NCBI GenBank assembly: GCA_965242705.1 | Contig: OZ251486.1 | Span: forward strand, 719,806 to 783,805 | DNA from: Bryobacterales bacterium | Lineage (GTDB): Bacteria > Acidobacteriota > Terriglobia > Bryobacterales > UBA6623 | Direction of reading: 5' to 3' | DNA length: 64,000 nt | In this document: positions 35,866-45,179 of the stretch, in pieces | How positions within the stretch are numbered: position 1 is the first letter of the stretch | How the letters are laid out: each line of letters opens with the position of its first letter | Made by a program: the position numbers and the translations under genes | Notes under the pieces: generated by a model | Told to the model about the DNA's origin: nothing | What the model saw: the letters and a program-made list of their open reading frames with translations, nothing else | Database searches by the model: none

Positions 35866-36584
35866 GCACAGACGAGCAAGCCGCCGAGAAAATCGGCCCC
35901 CGCGATTGGGCGATCCATCCGCCTTATCTCTATCTGCCCTACCGCTCGACGGAGTTCCGCGCGCCGAGCAAGCCGCTGGTTCCGGCGGCGCAAACGATCT
36001 CGGAACTGACGGCCCCCGTTTTCGGCGAAAGCGCAATCGGCGCGCTGGACAACGATCTCACCCGAAACGCCGCCAAACACGGCGAAGCGCTGGGCGAGCG
36101 CATCGTCGTCAGCGGGCGCGTGCTGGAAGAAAACGGCCGCCCCGTGCGCGGCGCGCTGATGGAAATCTGGCAGGCCAACGCGGCCGGGCGCTACCTGCAC
36201 GTCAACGACGGGCGCGATGCGCCGCTCGACCCCAACTTCCACGGCGCGGGGCGCTGCCTGACCGACGATGACGGCGCCTACAGCTTTACGACCATCCGCC
36301 CGGGCGCCTACCCGTGGCGGAACCACCCGAACGCCTGGCGGCCGGCGCACATCCACTTTTCGTTGTTCGGCAATGCCTTCGCCGCCCGGCTGGTGACGCA
36401 GATGTACTTCCCCGGCGACCCACTGCACGCTGCGGACCCCGTGCTGCACTGCGTGCGGGACGAAGCCGCCCGGCAGCGGCTCGCGGCGCGTTTCTCGATG
36501 GAGAAAACAGAGCCGGAGCGGGCGTTGGGCTTCGAGTTCGACATCGTATTGCGCGGGCCGCGAGCCACGCCGCTGGAAAGCTGA
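35862..36584 (+). CDS. pcaH: protocatechuate 3,4-dioxygenase beta subunit
   Basis: IWQANAAGRY...RPAHIHFSLFG. ATGA overlap with the pcaC stop. The track ORF from 35595 is over-extended. Confidence 0.9.
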   Translation: MSTDEQAAEKIGPRDWAIHPPYLYLPYRSTEFRAPSKPLVPAAQTISELTAPVFGESAIGALDNDLTRNAAKHGEALGERIVVSGRVLEENGRPVRGALMEIWQANAAGRYLHVNDGRDAPLDPNFHGAGRCLTDDDGAYSFTTIRPGAYPWRNHPNAWRPAHIHFSLFGNAFAARLVTQMYFPGDPLHAADPVLHCVRDEAARQRLAARFSMEKTEPERALGFEFDIVLRGPRATPLES

Positions 36585-36588
36585 AACC

Positions 36589-37152
36589 ATGCTCAAGCAA
36601 ACGCCGTCGCAGACCGTCGGCCCTTTCTTCGCCGTCGCTCTGACGCCCGAAGACAGCGGATTCCAGCCCATCGCCGGCCGCGAATTGGCCGGCGGCGAGA
36701 CGCCCGGCGAGCGCATTCGCATCGAAGGCCGCGTACTCGACGGCCGCGGCGAGCCCGTCTCCGATGCGGTGATCGACCTCTGGCAGGCCGACTGCAAGGG
36801 CCGCTACCCGCGCGGCTCGGACGGCGGGGGGGCGTTCAGCGGTTTCGGCCGCTGCGCCGCGGACGCCGAGGGCAAGTTCCATTTCCTTACCGTGAAGCCC
36901 GGCCGGGTCGATGCTTTGCAGGCGCCCCATGCCGTGCTTGCGGTCTTTGCCCGCGGCCTGCCCAGCCATCTCTTCACGCGCATCTATTTTTCCGACGAGC
37001 CGGGCAACGCAACCGACCCCGTATTGTCAAGCGTCGATGCCGCAAGACGCGGGACACTGATAGGGCGGCGGCGCGAGACGCCGGGCGGCGCCGCATACCG
37101 CTTCGATATCCGCCTGCAGGGCGGCGCAGAGACGGTATTCTTCGACGTCTGA
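36589..37152 (+). CDS. pcaG: protocatechuate 3,4-dioxygenase alpha subunit
   Basis: MLKQTPSQTVGPFF N-terminus and DLWQADCKGRY, 4 nt after pcaH. Confidence 0.9.
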   Translation: MLKQTPSQTVGPFFAVALTPEDSGFQPIAGRELAGGETPGERIRIEGRVLDGRGEPVSDAVIDLWQADCKGRYPRGSDGGGAFSGFGRCAADAEGKFHFLTVKPGRVDALQAPHAVLAVFARGLPSHLFTRIYFSDEPGNATDPVLSSVDAARRGTLIGRRRETPGGAAYRFDIRLQGGAETVFFDV

Positions 37153-37260
37153 AGAGCGAGACGCCGATTTGCCGGACGGCGCCGGAGACACCGTGACCCA
37201 GCCTTTTGCAGAAAACTTTCGCGGAAAGCCGGCGGCGGCCGCGCCTCGCGGGGGCGGCGC

Positions 37261-38583
37261 ATGACTTCGGCTCCGTTCGGTTCGCGCCTGCTCGACGGCC
37301 TGCTCTCCGATGCGGAGACGAGCGCCTTGTTCACGGATCGGGCCGCGCTGGAAGCCATGCTGCAATTCGAGGCCGCCCTGGCGCGGGCCGAGGAGCGTTG
37401 CGGCGTGATCCCGCCGGGCTGCGCCGAGGCCGCCGCCGCCGCCGCGCGCGCTCTGGAGCCGGATATGGCCGTCCTCGCCGCGGCCGTCCGCCGGGACGGG
37501 CATCCGGTAACGGCGCTGGTGCGGCAACTGCGCGCCGCGGCGGGGCCGTTGGGGCAATACGTCCATTGGGGCGCGACTTCCCAGGACGCGGTCGACAGCG
37601 CGTTGGTCATCCGCCTGCGCGAGGCTCTGGCCGGCCTTGACGCGCGGCTGGAGAAAACCATCGCTCTGCTCTCGCAACATGCCGAGGCGCACCGCGCAAC
37701 GGTCATGGCCGGGCGCACCCGTTGGCGGCAGGCCGTGCCGATTTCCTTCGGACTGAAAGTCGCCGGATGGGCCGCGCCGCTCAAGCGCCACCGACGGCGC
37801 CTCGCCGAGTTGCGCCCGCGCCTGCTCGTCGTGCAGTTCGGCGGCGCCGCGGGCGCCCTCGCGGCGCTCGGCAACCGCGGGATCGCCGTAAGCGAAGCCC
37901 TGGCGAAGGAACTCGACCTCGGCCTGCCGCCGATGCCCTGGCATACCCAGCGCGACTCCTTCGGCGAGGCGGCCGCCTGGCTTGCCTTGGTGACGGCCTC
38001 GACCGGCAAAATCGGCCGCGACCTTGCGCTGCTGGCTCAAGACGAGATTGCCGAGGCGGACGACGGCAGCGGCGGCGGTTCGAGCACGATGCCCCAGAAG
38101 TCCAACCCCGTGCTCAGCGAAATCCTCGTCACGGCGGCGACGGTGAACGCCGGGCTGTCGGCGTCGATGCAACAGGCGGCGCTGCAGGAACACGAGCGGG
38201 GAGGCGCGGGCTGGACCGCCGAATGGCTGCTGCTGCCGCAAATGACGATCCTAGCCGGAACCGCCCTGCGCCATGCCGCAACCATTGCCGGCGCACTCGA
38301 CGTCCGCGTGGAAAAGATGCGGCGCAATATCGAAGCAGCGGGCGGGCTGCTGCTCGCCGAGGCCTCGGCATACGCGCTGGCCGCGCACATGCCGCTCGAA
38401 AAGGCGCAGGCGCTCGTTTCCCAGGCCTGCCGCGAAGCCTCGGCCTCGGGACGCGGCCTGATCGAAGTCTTGCGGGCTTCGTGCGCCGCCCCCGTCGATT
38501 GGGGCCGCCTGCGCGACCCGGTCAACTCTCTCGGCTCCGCGGACGCATTCATCAGCCGCGTACTCGAAGCGGAGGATCGATGA
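37261..38583 (+). CDS. pcaB: 3-carboxy-cis,cis-muconate cycloisomerase
   Basis: Fumarate-lyase superfamily signature GSSTMPQKSNP, in pca context. Confidence 0.88.
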   Translation: MTSAPFGSRLLDGLLSDAETSALFTDRAALEAMLQFEAALARAEERCGVIPPGCAEAAAAAARALEPDMAVLAAAVRRDGHPVTALVRQLRAAAGPLGQYVHWGATSQDAVDSALVIRLREALAGLDARLEKTIALLSQHAEAHRATVMAGRTRWRQAVPISFGLKVAGWAAPLKRHRRRLAELRPRLLVVQFGGAAGALAALGNRGIAVSEALAKELDLGLPPMPWHTQRDSFGEAAAWLALVTASTGKIGRDLALLAQDEIAEADDGSGGGSSTMPQKSNPVLSEILVTAATVNAGLSASMQQAALQEHERGGAGWTAEWLLLPQMTILAGTALRHAATIAGALDVRVEKMRRNIEAAGGLLLAEASAYALAAHMPLEKAQALVSQACREASASGRGLIEVLRASCAAPVDWGRLRDPVNSLGSADAFISRVLEAEDR

Positions 38584-39431
38584 AGCTGCTCAGCTACACG
38601 CGCGACGGCCGGCAGGGCTACGGCGCCTGCGTTCGCGGGGGCGTCGTCGATCTCGGCTCCCGCTTCGGCGAGCGCCTGCCGAGTCTGGCAGCGGCTCTTC
38701 GCGCCGGCGCGCTCGACGATCTCCGCGAACGGGCCGCGGCGCACGGCCCGGATTTCAGCCTCGACGATATCCGGCTGCTGCCGCCGGTTCTCGACCCCGG
38801 CCGCGTCGTCTGCATCGGCCTCAACTACAAGACCCATATCGAGGAAACGGGCCGCACCCTGCCCGCGTATCCGGCGCTGTTCGTCCGCCATCCCGATTCC
38901 CACGTCGGGCACGGCGAGGCGATGATTCGGCCCAAGGAATCGGAGCAATACGATTACGAGGGCGAGTTGGCGTTCGTCATCGGCAGGCCGGGACGCCGCA
39001 TCCCGCCCGAGCGCGCCTTCGACCACGTCGCGGGCTACAGTTGCTACAACGACGGCTCCATTCGCGACTTCCAGGCGCACACCCACCAGTTCACGCCGGG
39101 AAAGAATTTCTGGCGCTCGGGCGCGTTCGGCCCTTGGCTCGTCACCGCCGACGAGATACCCGACCCGGGCGCGCTGACGCTCGAAACGCGCCTCAACGGC
39201 CGCGTCATGCAGCGCGCGCCCACTTGCGATCTGTTGTTCGACGTCCCCTATCTGATTCACTATCTCTCGGTCGTCTTCCCGCTGCATCCCGGCGACGTCG
39301 TTTCCACCGGCACGACAGGGGGAGTGGGCAAGGCGCGCAAGCCTCCGGTCTTCATGAAAGCCGGAGACCGGGTCGAGGTCGAGATTTCGGGAATCGGGGT
39401 GCTCGCCAACCCGATCGAAGACGAGCGGTAA
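38580..39431 (+). CDS. fumarylacetoacetate hydrolase (FAH) family protein
   Basis: VCIGLNYKTHIEE...YEGELAFVIGR...GDVVSTGTTGGVG. ATGA overlap with the pcaB stop. Confidence 0.85.
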   Translation: MKLLSYTRDGRQGYGACVRGGVVDLGSRFGERLPSLAAALRAGALDDLRERAAAHGPDFSLDDIRLLPPVLDPGRVVCIGLNYKTHIEETGRTLPAYPALFVRHPDSHVGHGEAMIRPKESEQYDYEGELAFVIGRPGRRIPPERAFDHVAGYSCYNDGSIRDFQAHTHQFTPGKNFWRSGAFGPWLVTADEIPDPGALTLETRLNGRVMQRAPTCDLLFDVPYLIHYLSVVFPLHPGDVVSTGTTGGVGKARKPPVFMKAGDRVEVEISGIGVLANPIEDER

Positions 39432-39533
39432 CGGCCCGCGGCAAAAGCCGCTTCCGCGGCGGACGCGCCGCCGGCCTTGCCGCCCCCGATGAAACTCCGC
39501 GCCTGAAAATGCCACAATGGAGCGTTTTCGAAA

Positions 39534-41240
39534 ATGTCCGCGGCCGAACACTGGCAAGCCATCGCCGAGTTGACCGCTCCAGGTCAAGACTACGAAATCG
39601 TCGAGCAAACCGTTCGCGGCGGGCAGGTCTGCCGTGTTTTCAGGAACGCGCCCGGCAGTCTGGTCGATCTGCTGACCGCCTCGGAACAGTGGGGCGAGTT
39701 GATTTACCTGCGCTACCGCGGCGAGGAGTACAGCTTCAACGAGGTTCGCCGCCGAACCGCCGCGCTCGCCCGCTTCCTGCGCGAGCGGCTCGGCGTCGGA
39801 CGCGGCGACCGCGTCGCGGTCTGCATGCGCAATTACCCCGAGTGGGCTATCTCGTTCTTCGCCCCGATCTCGCTCGGCGCGGTAAGCGTCGCCTTCAACG
39901 GCTGGTGGAGCGGCGAGGAAATCGAATACGGGCTCAAGGACAGCGGCGCCAAGGCGCTGCTCATCGACGAGGAGCGGCTGCAGAGGATCGAGCGCCGTTT
40001 GCCCGACCTGGGCGTCCCGGCGGTCGCCGTCAGAACGCCGCGGCGGCCGACCGAGCGCATCGCGGTTTTCGACGAAGCGATCGCGCAGTCCGGCGAATGC
40101 CCGTTGCCCGCGGTCGAATGCGACCCCGACGACGACGCCATGATGCTCTACACGTCGGGCTCGACCGGACGCCCGAAAGGGGCGGCCTCCACGCACCGCA
40201 ACGCCATCCATGCGCTGATGTCGTGGGAACTCGAAGGCCGCGCAGCGAGCAAGCTGGCCAACGTCGCGCCGCCGGTCGAGCCGACCGAAGTGCAGTATCG
40301 GATGCTGGTTTCGATCCCGTTCTTCCACGTCACCGCAAGCCACGTCTGCCTGCTCGGCGGCCTGCGCGCCGGGCGCCGACTTACGCTGATGCATAAATGG
40401 GACGTCGGGGAAGCTCTCGATACCATCGAGCGGGAAAAGATTACGCATTTCACATCCGTGCCGACCATCACCGGCGACCTCATCCGCGCCGCGCGGGAAC
40501 AGGGGCGGGCGCTGCCCAGCCTGCTCGGCATCGGCGGCGGAGGCGCGCACCGCCCGGCTCAGCAGGTGCTCGAAACCGTCGAAGTGCTGGAAAACGCTAT
40601 GCCCGGCACCGGCTGGGGCATGACCGAGACCAACGCAATCGGCACTCTCATCCGCAATCAGAATTATCTGCAGCGGCCCAACAGCAGCGGCCGCTGCTCC
40701 GCCGTGCTCGACATGCGTTTCGTCGGACCCGACGGCAAAGACGTCCCCAGAGGCGAGCCCGGCGAGGTGTGGATTCGCGGCGCGTCGGTTATTCGCGGCT
40801 ATTGGAACAAGCCCGAATCCACGGCGCGGGCTTTCGAAAACGGTTGGCTCAAAACCGGCGACATCGCCTATATCGACGAAGAGGATTTCGTGTTCTTCGT
40901 TGACCGCATCAAGGATATCGTCATCCGCGGCGGCGAGAACATCAGTTGCGGCTCCGTCGAAGACGCGCTCTACAAATGCGCCGGGGTGGCCGAAGCCGCG
41001 GCCGTTGGCCTGCCCGACGAAAGGCTGGGCGAAGACTTGGCGGCGGTGGTCGTACCCGAACCCGATGCTCGGTTATGCGCCGCGGAGCTTCAGGAAGAGT
41101 TGAAAAAACACTTGGCCGGCTTCGAAGTGCCGAGCCGCATCTATTTTCGCAAGGAACCGTTGCCGCGCATCGCCTCGGGCAAGTTCGCCAAACGCCAAAT
41201 CCGGGACGAGATCGCCGGCCGCAAGGCTTCAGCCAAGTGA
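39534..41240 (+). CDS. AMP-dependent acyl-CoA synthetase/ligase (class I adenylate-forming)
   Basis: MLYTSGSTGRPKGA (A3 motif), GWGMTET, GWLKTGDIAY and RIKDIVIRGGENI. Confidence 0.88.
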   Translation: MSAAEHWQAIAELTAPGQDYEIVEQTVRGGQVCRVFRNAPGSLVDLLTASEQWGELIYLRYRGEEYSFNEVRRRTAALARFLRERLGVGRGDRVAVCMRNYPEWAISFFAPISLGAVSVAFNGWWSGEEIEYGLKDSGAKALLIDEERLQRIERRLPDLGVPAVAVRTPRRPTERIAVFDEAIAQSGECPLPAVECDPDDDAMMLYTSGSTGRPKGAASTHRNAIHALMSWELEGRAASKLANVAPPVEPTEVQYRMLVSIPFFHVTASHVCLLGGLRAGRRLTLMHKWDVGEALDTIEREKITHFTSVPTITGDLIRAAREQGRALPSLLGIGGGGAHRPAQQVLETVEVLENAMPGTGWGMTETNAIGTLIRNQNYLQRPNSSGRCSAVLDMRFVGPDGKDVPRGEPGEVWIRGASVIRGYWNKPESTARAFENGWLKTGDIAYIDEEDFVFFVDRIKDIVIRGGENISCGSVEDALYKCAGVAEAAAVGLPDERLGEDLAAVVVPEPDARLCAAELQEELKKHLAGFEVPSRIYFRKEPLPRIASGKFAKRQIRDEIAGRKASAK

Positions 41241-41424
41241 ACGTAGGCATGCATTAGGCGAACAATCCCGGCATGAAGCTCTTTCTGCCGCACGGGGCGA
41301 ATCCCTACCGACGGCAGCCGGCCGCCTACACCTCGCCTGCTTGTTCCAACCTTACTTGGCTGCCTGCGGGACCTTACATCGCCTTTGGAATCGCAAAACC
41401 GGGTCTTGAGCCGCGCCGCCCGCG

Positions 41425-42855
41425 CTACCAGATGCCGATGAGTTTCCACCAGGCCGCGCCGGCCGTACACCAGACGAGCAGGTTCCAGAGCGAAACCAGG
41501 AAACCCACGCGCCACCAGTCGGCGAAGCTCACGTAGCCCTGCGAAAAGAAAATCGGCGACGGCACGGTGCCGTAATGCGTCAGCCCGGCGGAGAGGTTGG
41601 CCAGGCAGGCGAACAGGAACACGGCCAAACCCGTCGGGGCGCCGCGCGCCAGCAGCAAGAGCAGAAACGGCGGCAGCATGGTCAACATGTGCATGGTGAT
41701 GCTGGCCAACCCGTAGTGCGCGTAGAAATAGACCAGCAGCACGACGGCCAGCAGCGGCAGCCAGCGCATCTCGCCCAGCATCCCGCCGACGGCGTCTGCG
41801 AAGGCGGACGGCGCCCCCGCGTCGGTCAGGGCGTTGCCCAGGGCGATGACGCCTCCGTACCAGATGAAGATGTCCCAGAGGGAAGCCTGCCCGACGACGT
41901 CGTTCCAGCGCAGTACGCCGCTGACGAGCAGCACCGCCGCCCCCGCGAGCGAAGCCGCGGCCACCGGGATCGAATGAACGGTCGAGGTGATCCACAGACT
42001 GCAAACGCCGGCGAAAACGCCGACGGTGATCCACTGCCTGCGGCCCATGGCGCCCATCTTGGCGATCTCTTCCGCGGCGAACTCCGTGGCGCGGGGCGTG
42101 TGCCGGATTTCCGGGGGAAGCAGGCGGGAGACGATCCAGACGAGTCCGGCGATGCTCACCAACCCGGGCACGATGCCGGCCAGCGCCCACCGCGCCCACG
42201 ACAATTCGTAGCCGGCGAGGGATTTCACCGCGTCGGCGGCGATGAAGTTGCCCGCCTGCCCGGTCAGGAACATCGCGCTGGCGACGACTTCGCCCTGATA
42301 GACCGCGGCCATCAGAAAGGTTCCCAGCAATCCCGCGGTCTTGGCCGGCAACGAGCCGTAAAGCTCCGCGAGGCTGCGCGTGATCGGCATGATGACGCCG
42401 CCCGCGCGGGACGTGTTCGAGGGAATCATGGTCGCCAGGGTCACGTCGCTCAAGATCAGCGCGTAGGCGATGCCGTTCGAACGCGAACCGAAATGCCGCA
42501 CGAACCAGAGGGCGATGCGCCGCGCCAGACCGGTTTCGATCAAAGCGCGGGCGATCAACAGAGCGCCGACGACGAGCCAGACGGCGGGAGCCCCGTAGCC
42601 TGAAACCGCTTGTTCGATCGTCAGCGCGCCCGATAACGCCGCGGCGGTCAGACTCAGCAGAACGACCGCGCCGCCGGACATCGGCCGCAGCGCCAGCCCG
42701 GCAATCGCCGAGGAAAAAACCGCCAGCAGACGCCACCCTTCCGGGGCGACGCTCTGCGGGCGCGGAACCAGCAGATAAACGGCAAGCCCGAACAGGGCGG
42801 CGGCGCCCAGACGCTTGAGATCGGGGCGCTCGTCCGCGCCCGCCGATTGTGGCAT
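41425..42855 (-). CDS. DASS-family (SLC13-like) anion/dicarboxylate transporter
   Basis: 476-aa polytopic protein with SNTSRAGGVIMPI and GLTHYGT hairpin-type motifs. The rest of the 911-aa track ORF is antisense to the next gene. Confidence 0.8.
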   Translation of the reverse strand: MPQSAGADERPDLKRLGAAALFGLAVYLLVPRPQSVAPEGWRLLAVFSSAIAGLALRPMSGGAVVLLSLTAAALSGALTIEQAVSGYGAPAVWLVVGALLIARALIETGLARRIALWFVRHFGSRSNGIAYALILSDVTLATMIPSNTSRAGGVIMPITRSLAELYGSLPAKTAGLLGTFLMAAVYQGEVVASAMFLTGQAGNFIAADAVKSLAGYELSWARWALAGIVPGLVSIAGLVWIVSRLLPPEIRHTPRATEFAAEEIAKMGAMGRRQWITVGVFAGVCSLWITSTVHSIPVAAASLAGAAVLLVSGVLRWNDVVGQASLWDIFIWYGGVIALGNALTDAGAPSAFADAVGGMLGEMRWLPLLAVVLLVYFYAHYGLASITMHMLTMLPPFLLLLLARGAPTGLAVFLFACLANLSAGLTHYGTVPSPIFFSQGYVSFADWWRVGFLVSLWNLLVWCTAGAAWWKLIGIW

Positions 42856-42915
42856 GAACGGGTATTGTAGCGGCTCCGTAACCGCCCCCCCGCGGGCTTC
42901 TACAATAGTTGGGAC

Positions 42916-44211
42916 ATGATGCGAATACTCCCGTTCTTGCTCGCAACCATCGTTCTGCACGCCGAGGACTGGCCGCAATGGCGCGGCAAAGACCGGCTGG
43001 GGGTCTGGAACGAAACCGGCATTCTGCAGAAATTCCCGGAGGGCGGACCGCGGCGCGTCTGGACGGCGCCCATCGCCAACGGCTACGCCGGCCCGTCCGT
43101 CGCGAACGGCCGCGTGTTCGTCACCGACTACCGCCGAGGAGAGGGCCGCGGCGGAACCGAACGGGTTCTCTGCCTCGACGAGAGCACGGGCAAGCTGCTG
43201 TGGCAAAAGGAATGGGCCGTCGATTACAGCGGCCTGCAGTACAGTCTCGGCCCGCGGGCCACGCCGACCGCGGACGGCGAGCGGGTTTACGTCCTCGGAG
43301 CAATGGGCGATTTGTTGTGCCTGCGCGCGGCGGACGGCGAGGAAATCTGGCGCCGCGATTACCGCAGCGATTACGACGCCGAGCTGCCGACCTGGGGTTT
43401 CGTCGCCGCCCCGCTGGTCGATGGGCCGCGGCTGATTGCGCTGGTCGGCGGCTCGCCGGACGCAAAAGTCGTTGCCTTCGACAAGATGACCGGCCAGGAA
43501 ATCTGGCGGGCGCTCGACGCTTCTTCGGAGCCGGGCTACGATCCCCCGATTATTTTCGAGGCGGGCGGAGTCAGGCAGTTGATCGTCTGGCATCCGACCG
43601 ACGTGGCCTCGCTGAACCCCGCAACCGGGCAGGTTTACTGGCGGCAGCCTTTCAAGATTCAGGCCGGCCTGACCGTGGCGACCCCGGTTTTGAGCAAGCA
43701 CGGCCTGTTGGTTTCGGCCTTCTACAACGGCTCGCGCATGTACCGGCTGCTCGAAGACCGTCCGGCGGCCGAGTTGATCTGGAAGGGCGGCAGCGACAGC
43801 GAAATCGACACCGACGGCCTGCACTCGCTGGTGACGACGCCGGTAGCCGCAGGCGATTACATCTACGGCATCGGCAGTTACGGACACCTGCGCTGCCTCG
43901 ACGCCCGCAGCGGCAAGCGCGTTTGGGAAAGCCTCGCGCTGACCGAAGAAAACGCCCGCTGGGCTTCGGGGCAAATCGTGCGCAACGGCGACCGCTACTT
44001 CATCAACAACGACCGCGGCGACCTGATCATCGCCCGGTTCAGCCCGCAAGGTTACGAGGAAATCGACCGCGCGCGGGTGATGGAAGCGACGAACCCGCTG
44101 AGGCGGCGCCGGGAATTGGGCGCCGTGCATTGGACGCATCCGGCCTACGCCAACCGGCACATGATTATCCGCAACGACAACGAAATCGTGCGTTTCTCGC
44201 TCGAAGAATAG
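42916..44211 (+). CDS. PQQ-like beta-propeller repeat protein (secreted)
   Basis: Signal peptide, then DWPQWRGKDRLGVW and repeated ...ANGRVFVTD / GERVYVLG / GDYIYGIG blades. Confidence 0.8.
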   Translation: MMRILPFLLATIVLHAEDWPQWRGKDRLGVWNETGILQKFPEGGPRRVWTAPIANGYAGPSVANGRVFVTDYRRGEGRGGTERVLCLDESTGKLLWQKEWAVDYSGLQYSLGPRATPTADGERVYVLGAMGDLLCLRAADGEEIWRRDYRSDYDAELPTWGFVAAPLVDGPRLIALVGGSPDAKVVAFDKMTGQEIWRALDASSEPGYDPPIIFEAGGVRQLIVWHPTDVASLNPATGQVYWRQPFKIQAGLTVATPVLSKHGLLVSAFYNGSRMYRLLEDRPAAELIWKGGSDSEIDTDGLHSLVTTPVAAGDYIYGIGSYGHLRCLDARSGKRVWESLALTEENARWASGQIVRNGDRYFINNDRGDLIIARFSPQGYEEIDRARVMEATNPLRRRRELGAVHWTHPAYANRHMIIRNDNEIVRFSLEE

Positions 44212-44221
44212 ACGCGCGGCG

Positions 44222-45163
44222 CTACGCCGCGAAGCGGCGCTTGCGGGCTTCGTCGAGGGCTACGGCGGCGATGATGATGGCGCCGATGATCGCCTGCTGC
44301 CAGTAGGGGTTGACGCCGAGCAGGTCGCTGCCGTTCGCCAACAGCCCCATGATGAATGCGCCGATCAGCGTGCCGATGACCGTGCCCTCGCCTCCGGTCA
44401 GGCTGCCTCCGCCGATGACGACGGCGGCGATGACCTGAAGCTCGTAGGCGACGCCGGCCGTGGGCTGTCCGGTCATCAGCCGCGAAGTCTCGATCATGGC
44501 CGCCAGGCCGGTCAACATGCCGCTGATGGCATAGATTGCGATTTTGTAACGGCCGACCGGAATGCCGGCGTAAACCGCGGCTTCCTCGTTGCTGCCAATG
44601 GCGTAGGTATAGCGCCCGAGCTTGGTGGAATGCAGCGCCGCATGCACGATTGCGGCGCAGACGACGAGCACGATCAAGACGAACGGCGCCGGGCCGACGG
44701 TCCCTTCGCCGAGAAAGCTGTGCTCCTTGGGCAGCCCGACCACGGGCAGGCCGTCGGTAACGACGAGCGTCAGGCCGCGCACGATGCCCATCGCGCCCAG
44801 CGTCACGATGAACGGCGGGATTTTCAGGCCGGTAATCATGAAGCCGTTGAAGAACCCCCAGGCAAAGCCGGAAAACACTCCGGCGGCGATGCCCAGCAGC
44901 ACCGATCCGCTGCCGACCATGGTCATCGTGCCGATGACGCCGGCGAAGGCCAGAATCGAACCGACCGACAAGTCGATTCCGCCGGAAACGATAACCAGAG
45001 TCATGCCCAGCGCCATGATGTTGATCACCGCCGTTTGCCGCACGACGCTCGACAGGTTGGTCGCCGTCAGGAAATACGGCGAGGCGATCGACAGGATGAG
45101 GAAAAGCGCAATGAGGCTGAAAAAGGGCAGCAGCCGCTGCAGCATTCCGCTTTGGAATTTCAT
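44222..45163 (-). CDS. sugar ABC transporter permease (RbsC/AraH-like)
   Basis: Multi-TM protein with GGIDLSVGS and the typical RbsC-type layout. Start at MKFQSGML. Confidence 0.85.
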   Translation of the reverse strand: MKFQSGMLQRLLPFFSLIALFLILSIASPYFLTATNLSSVVRQTAVINIMALGMTLVIVSGGIDLSVGSILAFAGVIGTMTMVGSGSVLLGIAAGVFSGFAWGFFNGFMITGLKIPPFIVTLGAMGIVRGLTLVVTDGLPVVGLPKEHSFLGEGTVGPAPFVLIVLVVCAAIVHAALHSTKLGRYTYAIGSNEEAAVYAGIPVGRYKIAIYAISGMLTGLAAMIETSRLMTGQPTAGVAYELQVIAAVVIGGGSLTGGEGTVIGTLIGAFIMGLLANGSDLLGVNPYWQQAIIGAIIIAAVALDEARKRRFAA

Positions 45164-45179
45164 TTCGTATTCCTTGACC

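Noticed and set aside
42856-44160. N-terminal 435-aa extension of the 911-aa minus ORF containing the DASS transporter.
   Set aside because: The extension is antisense to the well-supported PQQ-propeller gene and has shadow-ORF composition. The transporter begins at the Met at 42855, directly before its first TM segment.
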